This document shows positions 43,401 through 56,200 of a stretch of 64,000 nucleotides of DNA, in pieces; position 1 is the first letter of the stretch, and every line of letters starts with the position of its first letter. The notes beneath the pieces were generated by a model. The model saw only the letters and a list, made by a program, of their open reading frames with translations, was not told the DNA's origin and did not search any database. Source of the stretch: Cyanophora paradoxa CCMP329 (Eukaryota > Plantae > Glaucophyta); the NCBI GenBank assembly GCA_004431415.1, contig QPMI01000023.1:62001-126000 (forward strand), read 5' to 3'. The position numbers and the translations under genes are program-made.

Positions 43401-46400
43401 ACACGGCTTGAATTCGGGCGGATTTCCAGAGAAGCATGCGCAACTCTAGAGCATATTTCTAGAAAGCTGGCACACCTCGAGGAGGACGCTGGCGAAGGGG
43501 AGGCGGTCGGGGTCGATCGCCTGGAGCGCCTTGAGGACGGGCTCCGTCGCCCCGAAGAAGCAGGGCGCCTCGATCATGAGGTACCTGCCCCGACCCGCAG
43601 AAATCGAACGCGCGCATGTGCACAAGCTAAATTCAAGGGCGCAGAATTATAGCATAAATAAAAGCGTTTTATAAATTATTCTAAGGGCGCGCGCACGTGT
43701 CTTCCCACGAGAAAGCGTGCAGGTTCGCCCTGTCAATGAAGTTGATGTCGATTTTCCCGTACTGCGCAATCGCGATCGCAAGATGTACATGTACATAAGA
43801 ATGCGAAGAGGGATCATTCACATATAATATAGGATATACTAATCAGATATGGTTTATACGATCGCGAGTCGTTAGCGATAGCATTGAGAAGCATTCGATA
43901 AATTAAATATATACAAATTAGATGTCTTCACCGTGGAGCTCTGCAGGTCCGACAGCTCCCGCCTGGCGACAGTCGCGAAGACGACTCGCTCGAAGGGAAG
44001 GGTCCCGAGGCGGACGGGCGTGAGGCACAGGAGCTGGCCGTAGGTCAGCGCATCCGACTCCGCCCACTCGACCTGCGCGTGCGGCGCAATTCGGCGCTTC
44101 GAAGTTCTTACTTTGCGACTTCGGGAAACATTATTAGTGCGCACCTCATCGCCGGGCTCCAGTCCGAATGAAACTTGCACGTTCATCCAGCCATCTCGGC
44201 TGCCGAACTCACATGAGAATGACGGGAGCCGCGGGGCAATTGCAATCGTAATGTTAATCGCACCCGACGAGAGGCTTGATCGGGCGAACGTTGATGTACT
44301 TACGGACGTTCGCCTCTGCCGACGAGCGAGGAGCCCCCGCTCGCTCGCGCCCTTCGGCGGCGGAGCGGATGGTCCCGGCTGCCACGCGGAGGGAAGCGCA
44401 GAAGTCCTCTCGCAGGAGCCGGAAGTGCGTGTCGAGGTACCTGCGAGCACCGACGACGTCAAGCGCAGTTGCAGGCCTTACTCGAATATTATATATCATT
44501 AAAAGCTAAATTTCAAAAGCATCCAGTTGTACGTATATATCCATACCTCCGAGCCGAGGGCCAGATGCTCCCGACCAGGTTCTCCCGGAGGAAGGGATCC
44601 GCACTCCCCGCTGAAAAACGAGATAGATCGAGATGTCAGCTGCGCATGCATTCCGATTTCAGAAGCCGAGGCCGCGCACAGGCGAGGTCCTCGGCCGACG
44701 GCAGGAGGCGCTCCGCGCGGTAGTCGTTCTCCGCTTGCGCGATGGCCTCGTCGTCGTCGGCCGTGTGGCCACGCAAAGGCGCCAGACGCCCCGCGCGAGA
44801 CCGGGCCATCATCTGCACATGCGGTTCAAATTTGCGGTCGGCCTCAGATTGAATTCTTTGGACAAGCTTAAGACGGACCCGCTCCGCTGCGCTCCGGCGC
44901 TCTTCCAAGGCACGGGCTCGCGACTGCAGTTCGAGGACGAGGCGCGCGGCAAAGCGCTGGACCTGCTGGTCGATCGCCGCGCGCAGGTCGGCCAGCGGGA
45001 GCCGCGTGCAGCTGTCCGGGACGCGCTGCAAGCACTGCTCCATGACCAGGAGCGCATCCTGCGCGGTCGAAACAAAGGATCCCCGGAGATAATTGAGAAA
45101 TAATCGTTATCATCGTTCAGCGATTTATATCAAATTGCGACGAGTTGAGCTGGAGCGGTTGCGCGTGCTGGCGACTTCGAATTCGAACTTGCCTGTAGCG
45201 TCACGCCTCGGGGGTCGCTGCGAAGGAGCCTCGGAATCGCCCCCGTAAGGAAGCTCGCGCTTGGATCTGGATCGTACAAAATTATTTTCAAACAAAGCGT
45301 ATATGCAAATATTAATTTAAGAGACGAAAGCGCGGCTGACCGCAGACGTAGGCGTACGCCTCGTTGACCTTGTACTGGAGGTCTGCCTCCTGCACGGCCG
45401 CGCTCGCGAGAATGCGGAGCACCCGGTCGGCGAGTTGGGGCGGAGCCCCGCCTGCCTGGTAATCAAAGCAGTAATGAGCGAATCTTCTTTGGACGAGAAT
45501 CGTGGCGAGCTCGAGCGTACGAAATTTAGGATGCCCTGCAGCTTCTGGCCCCTGCGGTCGAAGAGCGCGTCCAGAAAGCTGCCCTGCGAATCAGGATCCT
45601 CGACCTGCTCCTGCAGTCCATCGAGCCAGCGCAGCATCGCTCCCTCCGAGTGCCAGACCCACGGCGCCGGGGCCGGGGCCGACGGCGCCGGCCGTGCAGG
45701 CGCGGGTGCAGTCACGCGCGCGGAAGCTCGCAAATCGGCGCCAGCGCCAGGCCTTCCGTGGACTGGAGCCGCAGCTGTCCGAAAATATAGTAAGCAGCAT
45801 GAATATGCATCGTGGACGTGCACGTGTGGTGCGATGCGTTCACGTGCGCACCGACGCTGCCAGCAGCGCTAGCGGCGCCGGCGGGGCGCGCTGCGCGCAG
45901 CTGTTCCTGCTCTCGATCCCCAGGATGCAGGAAGCTGCAGGCAGCTCCGTTCTGGCACCGTCCCCTCGAGTCGAAGAACCGGCAGATGCGCTCGGCGCCG
46001 GGGCCGCGCGGGGCGGGCGCAAGAAACCCGCCGCCGCGGCCGGTGCCAGCGCCCCTACCAACTCCAAAACCCGGCGGACGGGGCCTGCTCTCCGCTAAAG
46101 CAGTCGCGCCTGCGCCTGCGCGCGACATTTTTCGCTCGAGCCGCAGCCGGGGCATCCATATGCATATGCACGGGCAGTGAATCTCACCCGCCACGCCCAT
46201 GGCCACGCCCACGTCGTGCGCGAAATTGCAAGCTTCGCCGTTCCTGCATGAACCCGTCTCTCCCGTCCAATAGCGGCACGGGCGTCGACCTGCGCTCGTG
46301 CACCAACCCGCGGTGACCGCTGTCAGCTCAGCCCGCAGCCGCGGCATGCGCAGGCCGCGGCCGCGTGCGCGGAAGGCGCCCGCGCACGGAATGACTGCAT
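37492..46400 (-). CDS. ZNFX1: ZNFX1-like UPF1-family SF1 helicase with N-terminal CCCH fingers, NFX1 zinc fingers, RING-like region and C-terminal RZ finger
   Basis: CCCH fingers CRYWTGETGSCRNGEACNFAH and CRFFDSRGRCQNGAACSFLH. ZNFX1 hallmark YLDTHFRLLREDF (~44400-44440), YGQLLCL, SQLAAIRHMLTHKVAVVQG|PPGTGKS, ILVICYTNHALD, IEEAAE, RMRPEI, TVDDYQ|GDEN, ILSLVRSN, NRIIVSLSRARKGLFVFGN. Multiple L(A/L/G)CGHxC..C..C NFX1 repeats at 38600-39800. CPTCRKPVRRALRY|GNVIK. RZ finger CRNGHPYFIGECGGAMQ|VSTCIDCGARVGGSGHRILEDNAFAGNMDGSDRPAWS. Start approximate. Confidence 0.9.
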
Positions 46401-47298
46401 TTCGCCGATCGCGACCTCCTGCAACAACTCTGCAGCTGACTTAAGCCTGTGCAGCAGCGGGCAACGATTGTCGGACAAATCCTCGAGCTCTTTCGTTCGA
46501 GTCTTCGGTCGAATCGAACGTTTTTTTAACTGCGACCGTTGTACCCCATTAAAATTATGAATTTAAACATATCGAAGCGCCGCGCGCGCGCCGCGGCCCG
46601 CGGCCGGCACCCGGCCCGGCGGCGCCGGCCGCGTCTTCCGGTCCGCCTCCGCGATCACGCAAGCGCCGCGGCGCGACGGAAATTTGAATTCAAAGAATCG
46701 CGCGGGGTCCAAGGGTCGATACGTACACGCGCGCCGCGGCCGCGCACTAGCTAGCGCATATGCATAGCGCTAGCGCCGCACGCGGCGCTGCGAGCGCTAT
46801 AGCTAGCGCTGGGCGACCGTTGCCGCAGTGCCGGCCGGCGCATCATGCCCGCATGGCCAGATCGGAGTCTCTGAGCATCGGAGCCGGACGGCTGGACACT
46901 GCGGCCGCGGCTCTGTTCATGATCAGTGGTTGTTCAATCTGCATGCGCAGGCTGGTTTTTGAAGTCTGAAGCTCCGGGGTACGCGGTCGAATACAGGGGC
47001 TTGCATCGTGGAGCTCCTGGCAGGCAGGGCGACCACCGGCAGCCGACGGAGATGCTTGTCGGCGTTGCTCCAAGGACAGCGGCGCGATCCCAGGCGTCTG
47101 GCCCGCGGCATCGGTAGCCCGTCGCTGCCAGCTTGCCGGTGATGATTTGCAAGCATAGCTAGGGCACCAGCAGCAGTCACGGGCTGGTTTGCGGCGCCGC
47201 GGCCGGCCCTGCGCTTCCTGGCCGACGTGGATTCGATTCGCCATTGGTAGCCTCTGCGCGGGCTGCTTGCCTCCCTGTAGCATCTGGAGAGCTCAGCA
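46401..47298. promoter_or_regulatory. Divergent intergenic region between ZNFX1-like and STAND cyclase 2
   Basis: Head-to-head genes. A palindrome-rich core (ctagctagcgcatatgcatagcgctagcg) lies near 46750-46810. Confidence 0.4.
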
Positions 47299-50200
47299 AT
47301 GGAACTGCAGCTCGCCAGGCGCTTCGTCAGCTCGTGCGCGGACGCCACGCCACCTCTGCGTTGAGACCGCACTTCCGCACCGCCCACTCACCATTCATTG
47401 GCTGCAGGTCTGTCGTGCGGCACATTGTCGCGCAGCGTCGAGCGCGGGAGGCGGAGCGGCAGCGCAACGCCGCGGCCGCCGGCCATGCCACTTCCGCCAG
47501 GGGCCTTCTGGGGCCAGCAGCCGCGTCCGCGGGCGCGGGAGGGAGCGCGGGCGGGCGGTCGACGGCGGCCGGCGCGGCAGAGCCGCCCGTGAGCGGGGTC
47601 ATTTTGGTCGCTGACATCTCGGGCTTCTCCTGTGAGGCCGCCCGTCCCCGCGGCGCCCGGCCTCGCCCGCGGCTGAGGCGGCCCCGCGCAGCGCTTTGCG
47701 AGAAGGCGGGGCGCGACGAGACCCTCCAGGAAGGTGCGAACGAAGGCTCCAGCCCCGCCCTGCGCTGCCCGCCGCCGCGCCCCGAGCCGCCCGCGCGGCC
47801 GCTGACTCCCAGCGCGCCCGCAGAGCTCTGCCGTGTCATAAACGGGTACATCTGCGCGTGCGCCCGTCGAGAGGGGGTACGGCGCTCACGCGCGCCCCGC
47901 AGCGCGTTCTCCAAGGAGGTAGAGCTGGCCGAGCGCTACAGGGGGGAAGTCCTCTGCTTTCTCGGCGACGGTACCCCCCGGCGCCTTGCTCCCCCCCTCC
48001 CCTCCCCCCACCGTCTCCGCAGGTTTGCTGGTGTTCTGGCCGCTGCCCCGGGAGGCCGAATCAGCGGGTCGGGCCGGGGCGCCCCCGCCGGCCGGGGGGA
48101 TGGGCCTGGCGGGACTGGCATCGGGGCTAGCGCCGGGCGCTGCGCCGCCCCCCGCGGGGCCGCAGCTGCCTTCGGCAGCCGCGAGCGCCGCGATGGCGCT
48201 GCGTGCCGCTAAGGCCGTTGCCTGCGGCCTCGCCATCCAAGAAGAGTTCTCGTCCGTCTGCGTCGGTACCCCCCTCCCGCCCGCCGCCTCGGAGGGGGGA
48301 ATGATCCCCGGGGGGGTAGGGATGGGCAAGGACATGGGCCTGCGGGTGGCCGTCGCCGCGGGGGACTTCACCGAGTACCACTGCGGCCTCGGGTACCCCC
48401 CCCCTTCCCCCCCCCCCCCCGTTCGACGCGGGCGCGCAGGGCGTGGTCGGGAGGGGGGGGGGAGCCCGCCCTCGTCGACGCCCGGGGGCACCTCGTGCCG
48501 GGGTACGATCTGCGATCCTCTCCTCTCCCCCCCCCCCTTACTGACGCCTCCCTGCCTCGCGAAGCCGCATGCAGCACTTCATCGCTGGCCCCGCCATTGA
48601 GGAGGCTGGGGCCGCCCTCGCTGGTGCCTCGTACCCCCCTGCGCTGCCCGCGCCCCGACCCGCCCCGCCCCGCTCAAGAGTGTTTCGGCGCAGCGGTGAA
48701 GGCGGGGGAGGTCGCGGTGTGCCGCTCGGCGCAGCGGTACCTCCCGGCGGCCATCGTCGCCGCCTCGGCCGCCCTCACCGCCGCCGGAGGAGGCCGCCTC
48801 TCCTCCCGCTCCGGCCGATCCGGCTCCAGGCGAGCGAGCGAGCGATCGCGCGAACGTTCCTCTCATTCCCTTCCTCACTTCGTTCGCAGGCGCGGCTCGT
48901 TCTCCGGCTCACGGGGCCAGGGGGGGGACGCGTACGACTCGGGGGCGGAGTCCTCTCCGGAGCGCGGCCCCTTCTCGCCCCCCGGCAGCCGCGGGCGCCT
49001 CTCCGGCATCTTCGCGTCCCCCTCCGCCGCCGAGTCCCACTTCGTCGCGTACCCCGCCACCCGCGACGCCCTCGAGGAGTTCGTCGCCGGATTCGAACCC
49101 CGCCGCCCCGCCGGTGCGAATCGCTGTGCCCCCCGCGCCCCCCCCTTCCCCCCCCCCCCCCCCCCCCGCCTCGCCCCCCGCGCGCCTCCCTCTGAGCCCG
49201 CCCCGCAGAAGTGGCCCCGCTGGAGCTCGAACCCGAGGAGGAGGACGAGATCGCCCTCTACGTGTCCGCCCCCCCCCCCCCCCCCCCGCCCGAAGCGGTA
49301 CCCTCAGCTTCGAACGCGGCGCCCCCGCAGGCCCTACACCGTGCGGGCGCGCTTCGAGAGCATGCGGGCCTGGGCCGCGTCGGGCTCGAACGAAGCATTC
49401 GACCCCGTGCGCGCGTACCCCTTCCCCCTCCCCCTTTATTCCTATACCCCCCAACGCGTATGCCCCAGACGCGTTTCCTCTCCGAGTTCCGGCTCTGCTC
49501 TGTGCTGGTGCGCGGGGATCGCCGTACCCCCTCCCGTCTCTACGCTGACCCCGCGCAGTTCTTGAAGCTCTGCGGACTCGACCCCTCGCATGAATCCGTC
49601 CAGCGCGCGGTACCCCCCCTCCCCCCCTTCAAATCTCCGTGCCCGCCAGCATTCCCGAATTTCCCGGCATTTCCGCTCCGCAGGTTCGCTCCCTTCAGGC
49701 CGTCCTCTACTCGCACGAGGGCTCCCTCCGCCAGGTCGTCCTCGACGACAAGGTACCCCCCTCCGCTCTTCCCCCCCCAACCCTGTTGCTGAGCTCCCCC
49801 CCCCCCCGCCCTCCCAGGGTATGGTGTTCATCGGGGTCTTCGGGCTCTGGCCCTTCGGTCCGCGTTGCCCGCCCTCGGCTCTGTTCCCCCCACTTCCACT
49901 CACCGACCTCTTTCCCCGCCTCTGCAGCGCACGAGAACGACGCGCTTCGCGCGGTGGGCTGCGGTGCGTCCCTCGTTCGTGAGCGCTGCTGCGCCGAGGG
50001 CCGTCCTGAGAGGCGCGCGCGCGCGCTTTCGCCGCAGCGGTCGACATGCAGGAGAGCATGCGAGCGATGGGCGTCGACACCGTCCGCCGATTTCCATCCT
50101 TTTCCGCCCCTCTCCCCGCCCTCTGACGCTCCTCCGGCCCGCCCCCAGAGCGTCGGCATCACGACCGGCCTGGTCTTCTGCACTTTCGGTGCGCCTCTTT

Positions 50201-53200
50201 CGGTGCGAAGTTTCGGTGGACCGCCGCGAAGCTTCTTCGCTCGCAGTGGGGAGCCCGACGCGGTGCGAGTTCAGCGTGTTCGGGCAGACCGTCAACAGGG
50301 CCGGTGCGCTCTTTTGCTCGCTTGCTCGCGCGCCCCTCGCGCGCGCTGGTTCGAGGCCTCTCTTATCCCCCCCCCCCCCCCCCCCCCCCCCCACTTCGTT
50401 TGCAGCGCGCCTGATGTCCAAGAGCGAGAACGACGTCTACGTGGACGCCAAGGTGGGGCAGACAGACAAGTCCCGGCCGGGCCCGAGCGGGCGCCGGGCG
50501 ACCTCGACCGGCGCGCTGAGCTCGCGCATTGCAGACGCACGAGGCGTGCCGCTCGAAGGTGAGGATGGCCCACGTGGGCGACTTCAACCTCAAGGGCGTC
50601 GAGGGCAAGGTCAGCTCTGCCCGGGCCGTGAAGAGGAGCCGCGCCAGGCTTACTTAGGGGGCGCGGCGTGGCGTCCTCCCAGGTGCCGGTGTACCGCCCG
50701 GAGCGGAGGGGCGGCGCCATCCGCACGACGAGCTTCCGCCACAGCAACAAGAGCTTCAGCAAGAAGGCCCGCCGCCTTCCTTTCCTACGCTTACGCCCAT
50801 CTCTTCTTGATCCGTGCCGAGCAGCGGGCGCTGGCGAGCGTGACGGCGCGATCGGCGGAGGAGGCGCGCGTGGACGCCGTCGTGCGGGCCGCCAGCGCCG
50901 GCGGCCTTTTAGCGGCGCCGGAGCCCTCGCCGGGGGGGGCCTCGGCCTCGCGGGCGGCGTGGGAGCCCCAGCCCCCCTCCATCCTCCTCTTCGAGGGCCC
51001 CAGCGGCTCAGGTGAGCCCGCCGACCCGCCCGCCCCGCCGTCCTGCCCCAGTCTGAGGCGGCCGCCCGATCCTCGGCCTCTGACGCACCGCCAGGCAAGT
51101 CCGTCCTCGCGGCGCACGCCGCGCGCGTCGCCGCGCAGCTCGACATGGTCGTCGTCCACTCCGGTACCCCCCTTCCCTTCCCTCTGAGAAGAAGAAGAAG
51201 CGCGCCGCCTCCGGCTGAGCTGGCTCGCTCGTTCGGCTCGTTTTCGGCGCAGCGGCCCGGGAGAACCGCGAGACGAGCGCCCTGTTCGTCTGGCGCGCCG
51301 TCGTCCGCGCCCTCTTCCCCCTCGCCTCCCTCGACGTGCTTCTTTCCTTGAAATGTTGAAGTGTTCGAATCTTTTCCGCCCCCTTGACTGCTCTGCCCGC
51401 GCCGCCAGATGGGTCCCCTGCTCGACGTGGAGACGGACGTCGAGCTGCTCGCCCACCTGATCAAGGCGCTGCACGCCCCCGAGCGTGAGCCTCAGGTGAG
51501 TGGCACGCAATAAGTTTCTCTTCTCCTTACCCACCTGCTCTTCTTCTTCTCGCTAGCATCGCTCGCCGTCCCCGCGCTCCGCCCTTCTGACAAGCGCAAG
51601 CAGTACAATGCGCAGCAGCAGCAGCAGCAGGCGTCGGGGGGCCGCCGGCGCAAGGCGAGCGCCTCGGGGCCGGACGGGATGGGAGGAGGCAAGGGCCGCC
51701 GCGGGAGCGCCGGCGTCATGTGCGCGCCGCCGCCATCGCCCGCGCGCGCTGGGGCCGGCGGCGGCGCCTGAAAAGCGGCGGGGCAGGTGGGTGCAGCCGG
51801 ACGCCTTCACCGTAGCCGCTCCGGCGGCGGGGCCGGGGCCGGGGCCGGGGCCGGGGCCGGGCCCCCCGAGCAAGGGGTCGACGCCGCCCACGTCGATGCC
51901 CGACATGGTTCCGTGCGCCTCTAACCAATCCCAGGGCCCCTCGCCCCCCCTCTACTCTTAAGTCGTATTCACCTCCCGCGTCACATGCGCGTGCAGGCCG
52001 CAGGAGGCGGGTACGGTGTTCGTCCTCGCCCGCCGCGGGTCAGCCGCCGATCGCGAGCACCGTCTCACCAGCGCCAGTCCCGAGGTCGCGTACCCGTCGC
52101 GTTTCGCTCGTGTACCCGTCGGTCCCTTGACAGCGACGCGCAGCCCAACCCGTTCACCGGCGGCCCCTCGCGCCCCCGCACCGCGGCGCGCGACGCCCGC
52201 TCCCGCAGCGCCGCCAGCTCCCCGATACCCCCCGACGCCTTCCTCCCCCAGCCCTCCCTCCCCGGAGCGCCGGACGAGCCGGCGGCGGCGGCAGGCGCGC
52301 CGCGCATGTCGAAACTGATGGCGCTGCCCATGGTCCATCACGAGGCCGGCCCGGGCCGGCGGCACAGCGTACACGACCGGGCGGCCGAGGCCGCAGGCGG
52401 CGGCGGCGGCGGCGGCGGTGGCTTGACCGACTCTCTGATGCCAGAGGACGGGGGCTACGTCGCGGGCGCCGAGGCGGCCCCGGCGGCGGACGGCGCCCCG
52501 CCGCCCCAGTCCGACACGTCGCTGAAGGGGCGGCGGGCGCCCAAGCTCGGGGAGGCCGGCGAGCGCTCCAGCTCGAAGCTGCTCAGCTTCAGCTGGCGCC
52601 AGGGCGGCGGCGGCGCCGCCGCCACGGCCGCCGCGACCCCGAAGGGCGGCGCCGCCACCCCGCACAGCGCCGGCGGCAGGCTCCGCCGCCAGCAATCGTT
52701 CGAGGAGGACTTCGAGGAGGGGGCGGCGCCGGCGGCGATCTTCGCGCAGCCGACGGCGCCCGACGAGTCCATCGAGTGGATCGCGTGCGGCGTGCGGGCC
52801 CTCGTCGCCAAGCTCGTCGTCCGGCGCGCCGCCGCCGGCCGGCCCATCCTCGTCGTCCTCGAAGGCACATGCAGCGACTGGGTCTGACTCTGTCTCTCGG
52901 GTCTGACTCTGTGTGTGCGCTCGCAGACCTGCACCACGCCGACTCGCAGAGCTGGGCGGTCCTCGGCGAGCTCATACAGGCCCTGGCCGAGGCGCCGGCC
53001 GGCGCCGCGCGCGTCGCGCTCGTCGGGACGCTCCGCGCGCCGGCCGAGCACTCGCCGGCCGCCCGCGCCGCCGCGCGCCTCCAGGCCGAGCACCGCGGCC
53101 GCGCCGAGCTCATCAAGCTCGGTGCCCTGCTCCTACAATCCCGACGCGATACACGAACAATGAAATAGTCTTATAAGACGCTATGTGATTCTAACATTGA

Positions 53201-56200
53201 AATCTGGGCAGGCCCGCTGACGGACGGGGACGTGGAGGCGCTGGTCTGCGCGACGGTCGGCGCCGCCCGCGTGCCCCGCGCCCTCCGCGACTTCGTCAAG
53301 GCCCAGGTGCCCGGCGCCCGCGCCCCTGCCTTTTAGAAGGGCTCCCGCGCACTGTTACAGAGGCCTCCTTCTGTAAGAGCTCCTTTGTTTAAAGAGGCCG
53401 CCGTACGAAGTGGCCGGGGGGCTCTCGATAAGGACCCCAGAGCGCTGCGCAGCGTAGCGGCCTTGGGCCTCGCCGCGAAGCCCTCGGAGCGAAGCGAGCG
53501 AGCGCTCTCTGACGGCGGCGCCTCTCGTGCAGACGGACGGGCTGGCGGTGCTCGTGGTGGACCTCGCCCGCTCCCTCCTCCAGGAGGGCGCCCTCGCCGT
53601 GCGCGCCCCGCCCGCCCCCTCGCCGCCTTCTCTCCCGGCACCTCCCTAGGGTCCCCCGACACCGCCCTCTCACCGCTCATGCTTTCACCACTGCTTCCAC
53701 CGCTCTCTGGAGTGCGCGTCGACCCGACTCACCCCGACCTCTCGCGCAGGTCGACACCGCAGGGGACGCCATCGTCAAGGGGCCCCTGCGCCGCCTCAAG
53801 CCAACCGTCCGCCCTTCCCGCCCGCCCGCCCTTCCCTCCCTTCCTTCCTTTCCTGAGCCTACGGGGCGGCGTGCATGCAGGACGGGGCGCGGGCGGCGGT
53901 GATGGAGAAGCTGGACCGCCTGACCGCCGTCCAGTCCACCACCCTCAAGCTGGCCGGTCAGTCAGTCGGCGCCGTTAGGTAGCCGCAGGCCAACGGCACC
54001 GACGACTGACTGTGCCCGCCCTCGCCGACTGGCAGCGGTGATTGGCGTGCGCTTCTCCGTGGCGGAGCTCCTCGCCATCCACCCGGGCAGTGCGGCCGGC
54101 CGGCTCTGCTCCGCTCCCACGCTCCGCTCCGCTCCGCTCAGCGGGGCGCCGCCCGCGCCGCGCCGCAGGCCGCTCGATCGGGGGCGGCGGCTCGAGCGCG
54201 CTGGTCTCCCCGCAGTCGCCCGAAGCCGAGCCGACCGTCGAACAGGTGCGCGCCCTCTCGCGCTCTTCTCTGCGGAGCAGCCCCTTCCACCCTTCTATAG
54301 ACAGCTCAACGGCGGCGGTCCCCGCGTACTCCTAGCGTTAACCTTCGCTGTTCTTATGTCCTGCACTGCTGACCCGTCCCAATCGTTCAGGTGCGGGCGG
54401 CGGTGGCGGCGGCCTCGCGGGACGCGAGCCTGGCGGCCGCCATCGACCGCGAGCTCGCCGCCCTCGTCAAGCTCGGCATCCTGGTCCGCCCGCCCCCACC
54501 CCGCCGCCCCCGCCCCCGCCCTTGACAGAAGATAGATAGAAGACAGCCGGGGCGGGCCGGGCTGAGCGGCGGGGGCGCAGGGGGAGGCGGATGCGGGGGA
54601 GGAGGAGGGCGGGGGCCTGGTCGAGGCGGCGGACGCCCTCTCGTCCGCCTCGGGCGCCCCCCGCGAGTACGAGTTCCTCCAGCCCCTCACCCAGGTCCGC
54701 CGCTCCGCTCCGCCCCGCCCCGCCCCGCTCATAGCGGAAGAAGAATCGAAGGTGAAGAAGGGACTGCCTGCTTCTAAGTCCAACTTCCAATAATATAGCT
54801 CGAGCAGAAGAAGCAGTTTAAAAGGGACGGCTTCGATTAAGTCAAGTTCTTGAAGGCAGCTTCTAATAAGATAGCTCGGGCTCCTGCAGCCTGTCCCAGC
54901 ATGGACACCCCCCCCCCCCCCCCCCCCCCCCCCCCCGCTTCGTTCCTTAAGCGGGCTGGGAAGAGTTGACTCCTTCTTCAAAAGCCCCCGAGCCTCGAGA
55001 GGCGTGCAGCTGACCCGGCCCGGGACCCGGTGCGCGCGCGCAGGAGGTGGTGTACAGCCTGCTGCCGGTGACGGAGCGGCGGGCGCTGCACCTCAAGCTC
55101 GCCCTGTTCCACGAGTCCCGCCTCCGCCCCAGCCCCTCCACCCTCTCCCCCGGGACCCTCTCCCCGGCCTCCTCCACCCTCTCCCCCTCCCCGTGCGCCC
55201 CGCCCCGCCCCGCCCCCCCTCTAAAAGCCTCCAGAGCGACCCTCCTGAGCGCCCGCTCGCTCCTCAGAGTGCTTGCGGGGGCGCCCCTGGACGAGCGCGA
55301 CGGGCCCGGCGGGGTGGACGACGACCTGGCGGCGACCCTCGCCCACCACTTCGTCCTCGCAAACGTGCGGCCTCAGCTGAGGGCGCGGGGCTGGGCTTAG
55401 CGAGCTTAAGCTTGAGCGAAGATAGAAGAAGCTTAAGCTTAAGCTTCGTCGCGAGGCTCAGCAAGCTTAGCAAGGCCTGGCTTGAGCTTGCTGCCGCCGC
55501 CGCCGCCGCTCCGGCGCTGAGCTGAGCTGAGCTGAGCTGAACGAACGGGCGGGCGCGCAGGAGCCCGGGCGGGCGTGCCGGTACCTCGAGCGGTGCGCGG
55601 AGGCCGCGTACGCCTCCTTCGCCAACTTCGAGGTGAACGTTCACCCCCCCCCCCCCCTCCCCCACTTCTATCTGCGTTCTCTTCGCTGATTCCTTCCGCG
55701 ATCGCCCGCCAGGCGATGCGCCTGTACGAGGACCTCCTCCAAGTGAGCGCCGCGGCGCCCCCGCGCCCCGCCACGCGCCTCCGCTGGATGCGCCAGCTCG
55801 CCACCGTCTACGCACGCCTCGAGTGCGCCCCCACCCCCCTCTTCAGCTGTACCCCCTCAACTTTTAACGCCGCCGTCGCCCGCCAGCATGTTCAAGGAGA
55901 GCATCTCGATCAGCCTGGCGGCGCTGGAGGCGGCGGGGCGGCCGGCGCCCCGCTCCCCGCTGGCCCAGCGCCTCGCCGCCTACTGGGCCACGGCGAAGGT
56001 CCTCCTGAGGGGGGCGCCCCGCCCCGATCGGTACCTGCGGGGCGCCCGCCGGGAGCCCGAGGGCGGCGGCGAGGCGGCCGAGATGGTGCGCCCCCCCGCT
56101 CCTCCCCATCCGAGCACTGGCTCCTGGACGGACGCCAGCCACTCGTCCTCGTCCTCGTCCGAGTCGGATCCGCGTGCCCCCAACTCAACTCCTCTGACCC

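Noticed and set aside
54907-54937. Long C/G homopolymers (also ~2341-2358, 10993-11014, 50367-50392) as functional elements or frameshifts
   Set aside because: They are intronic or intergenic, and exact lengths are unreliable in sequencing; covered only as part of the strand-skew observation.
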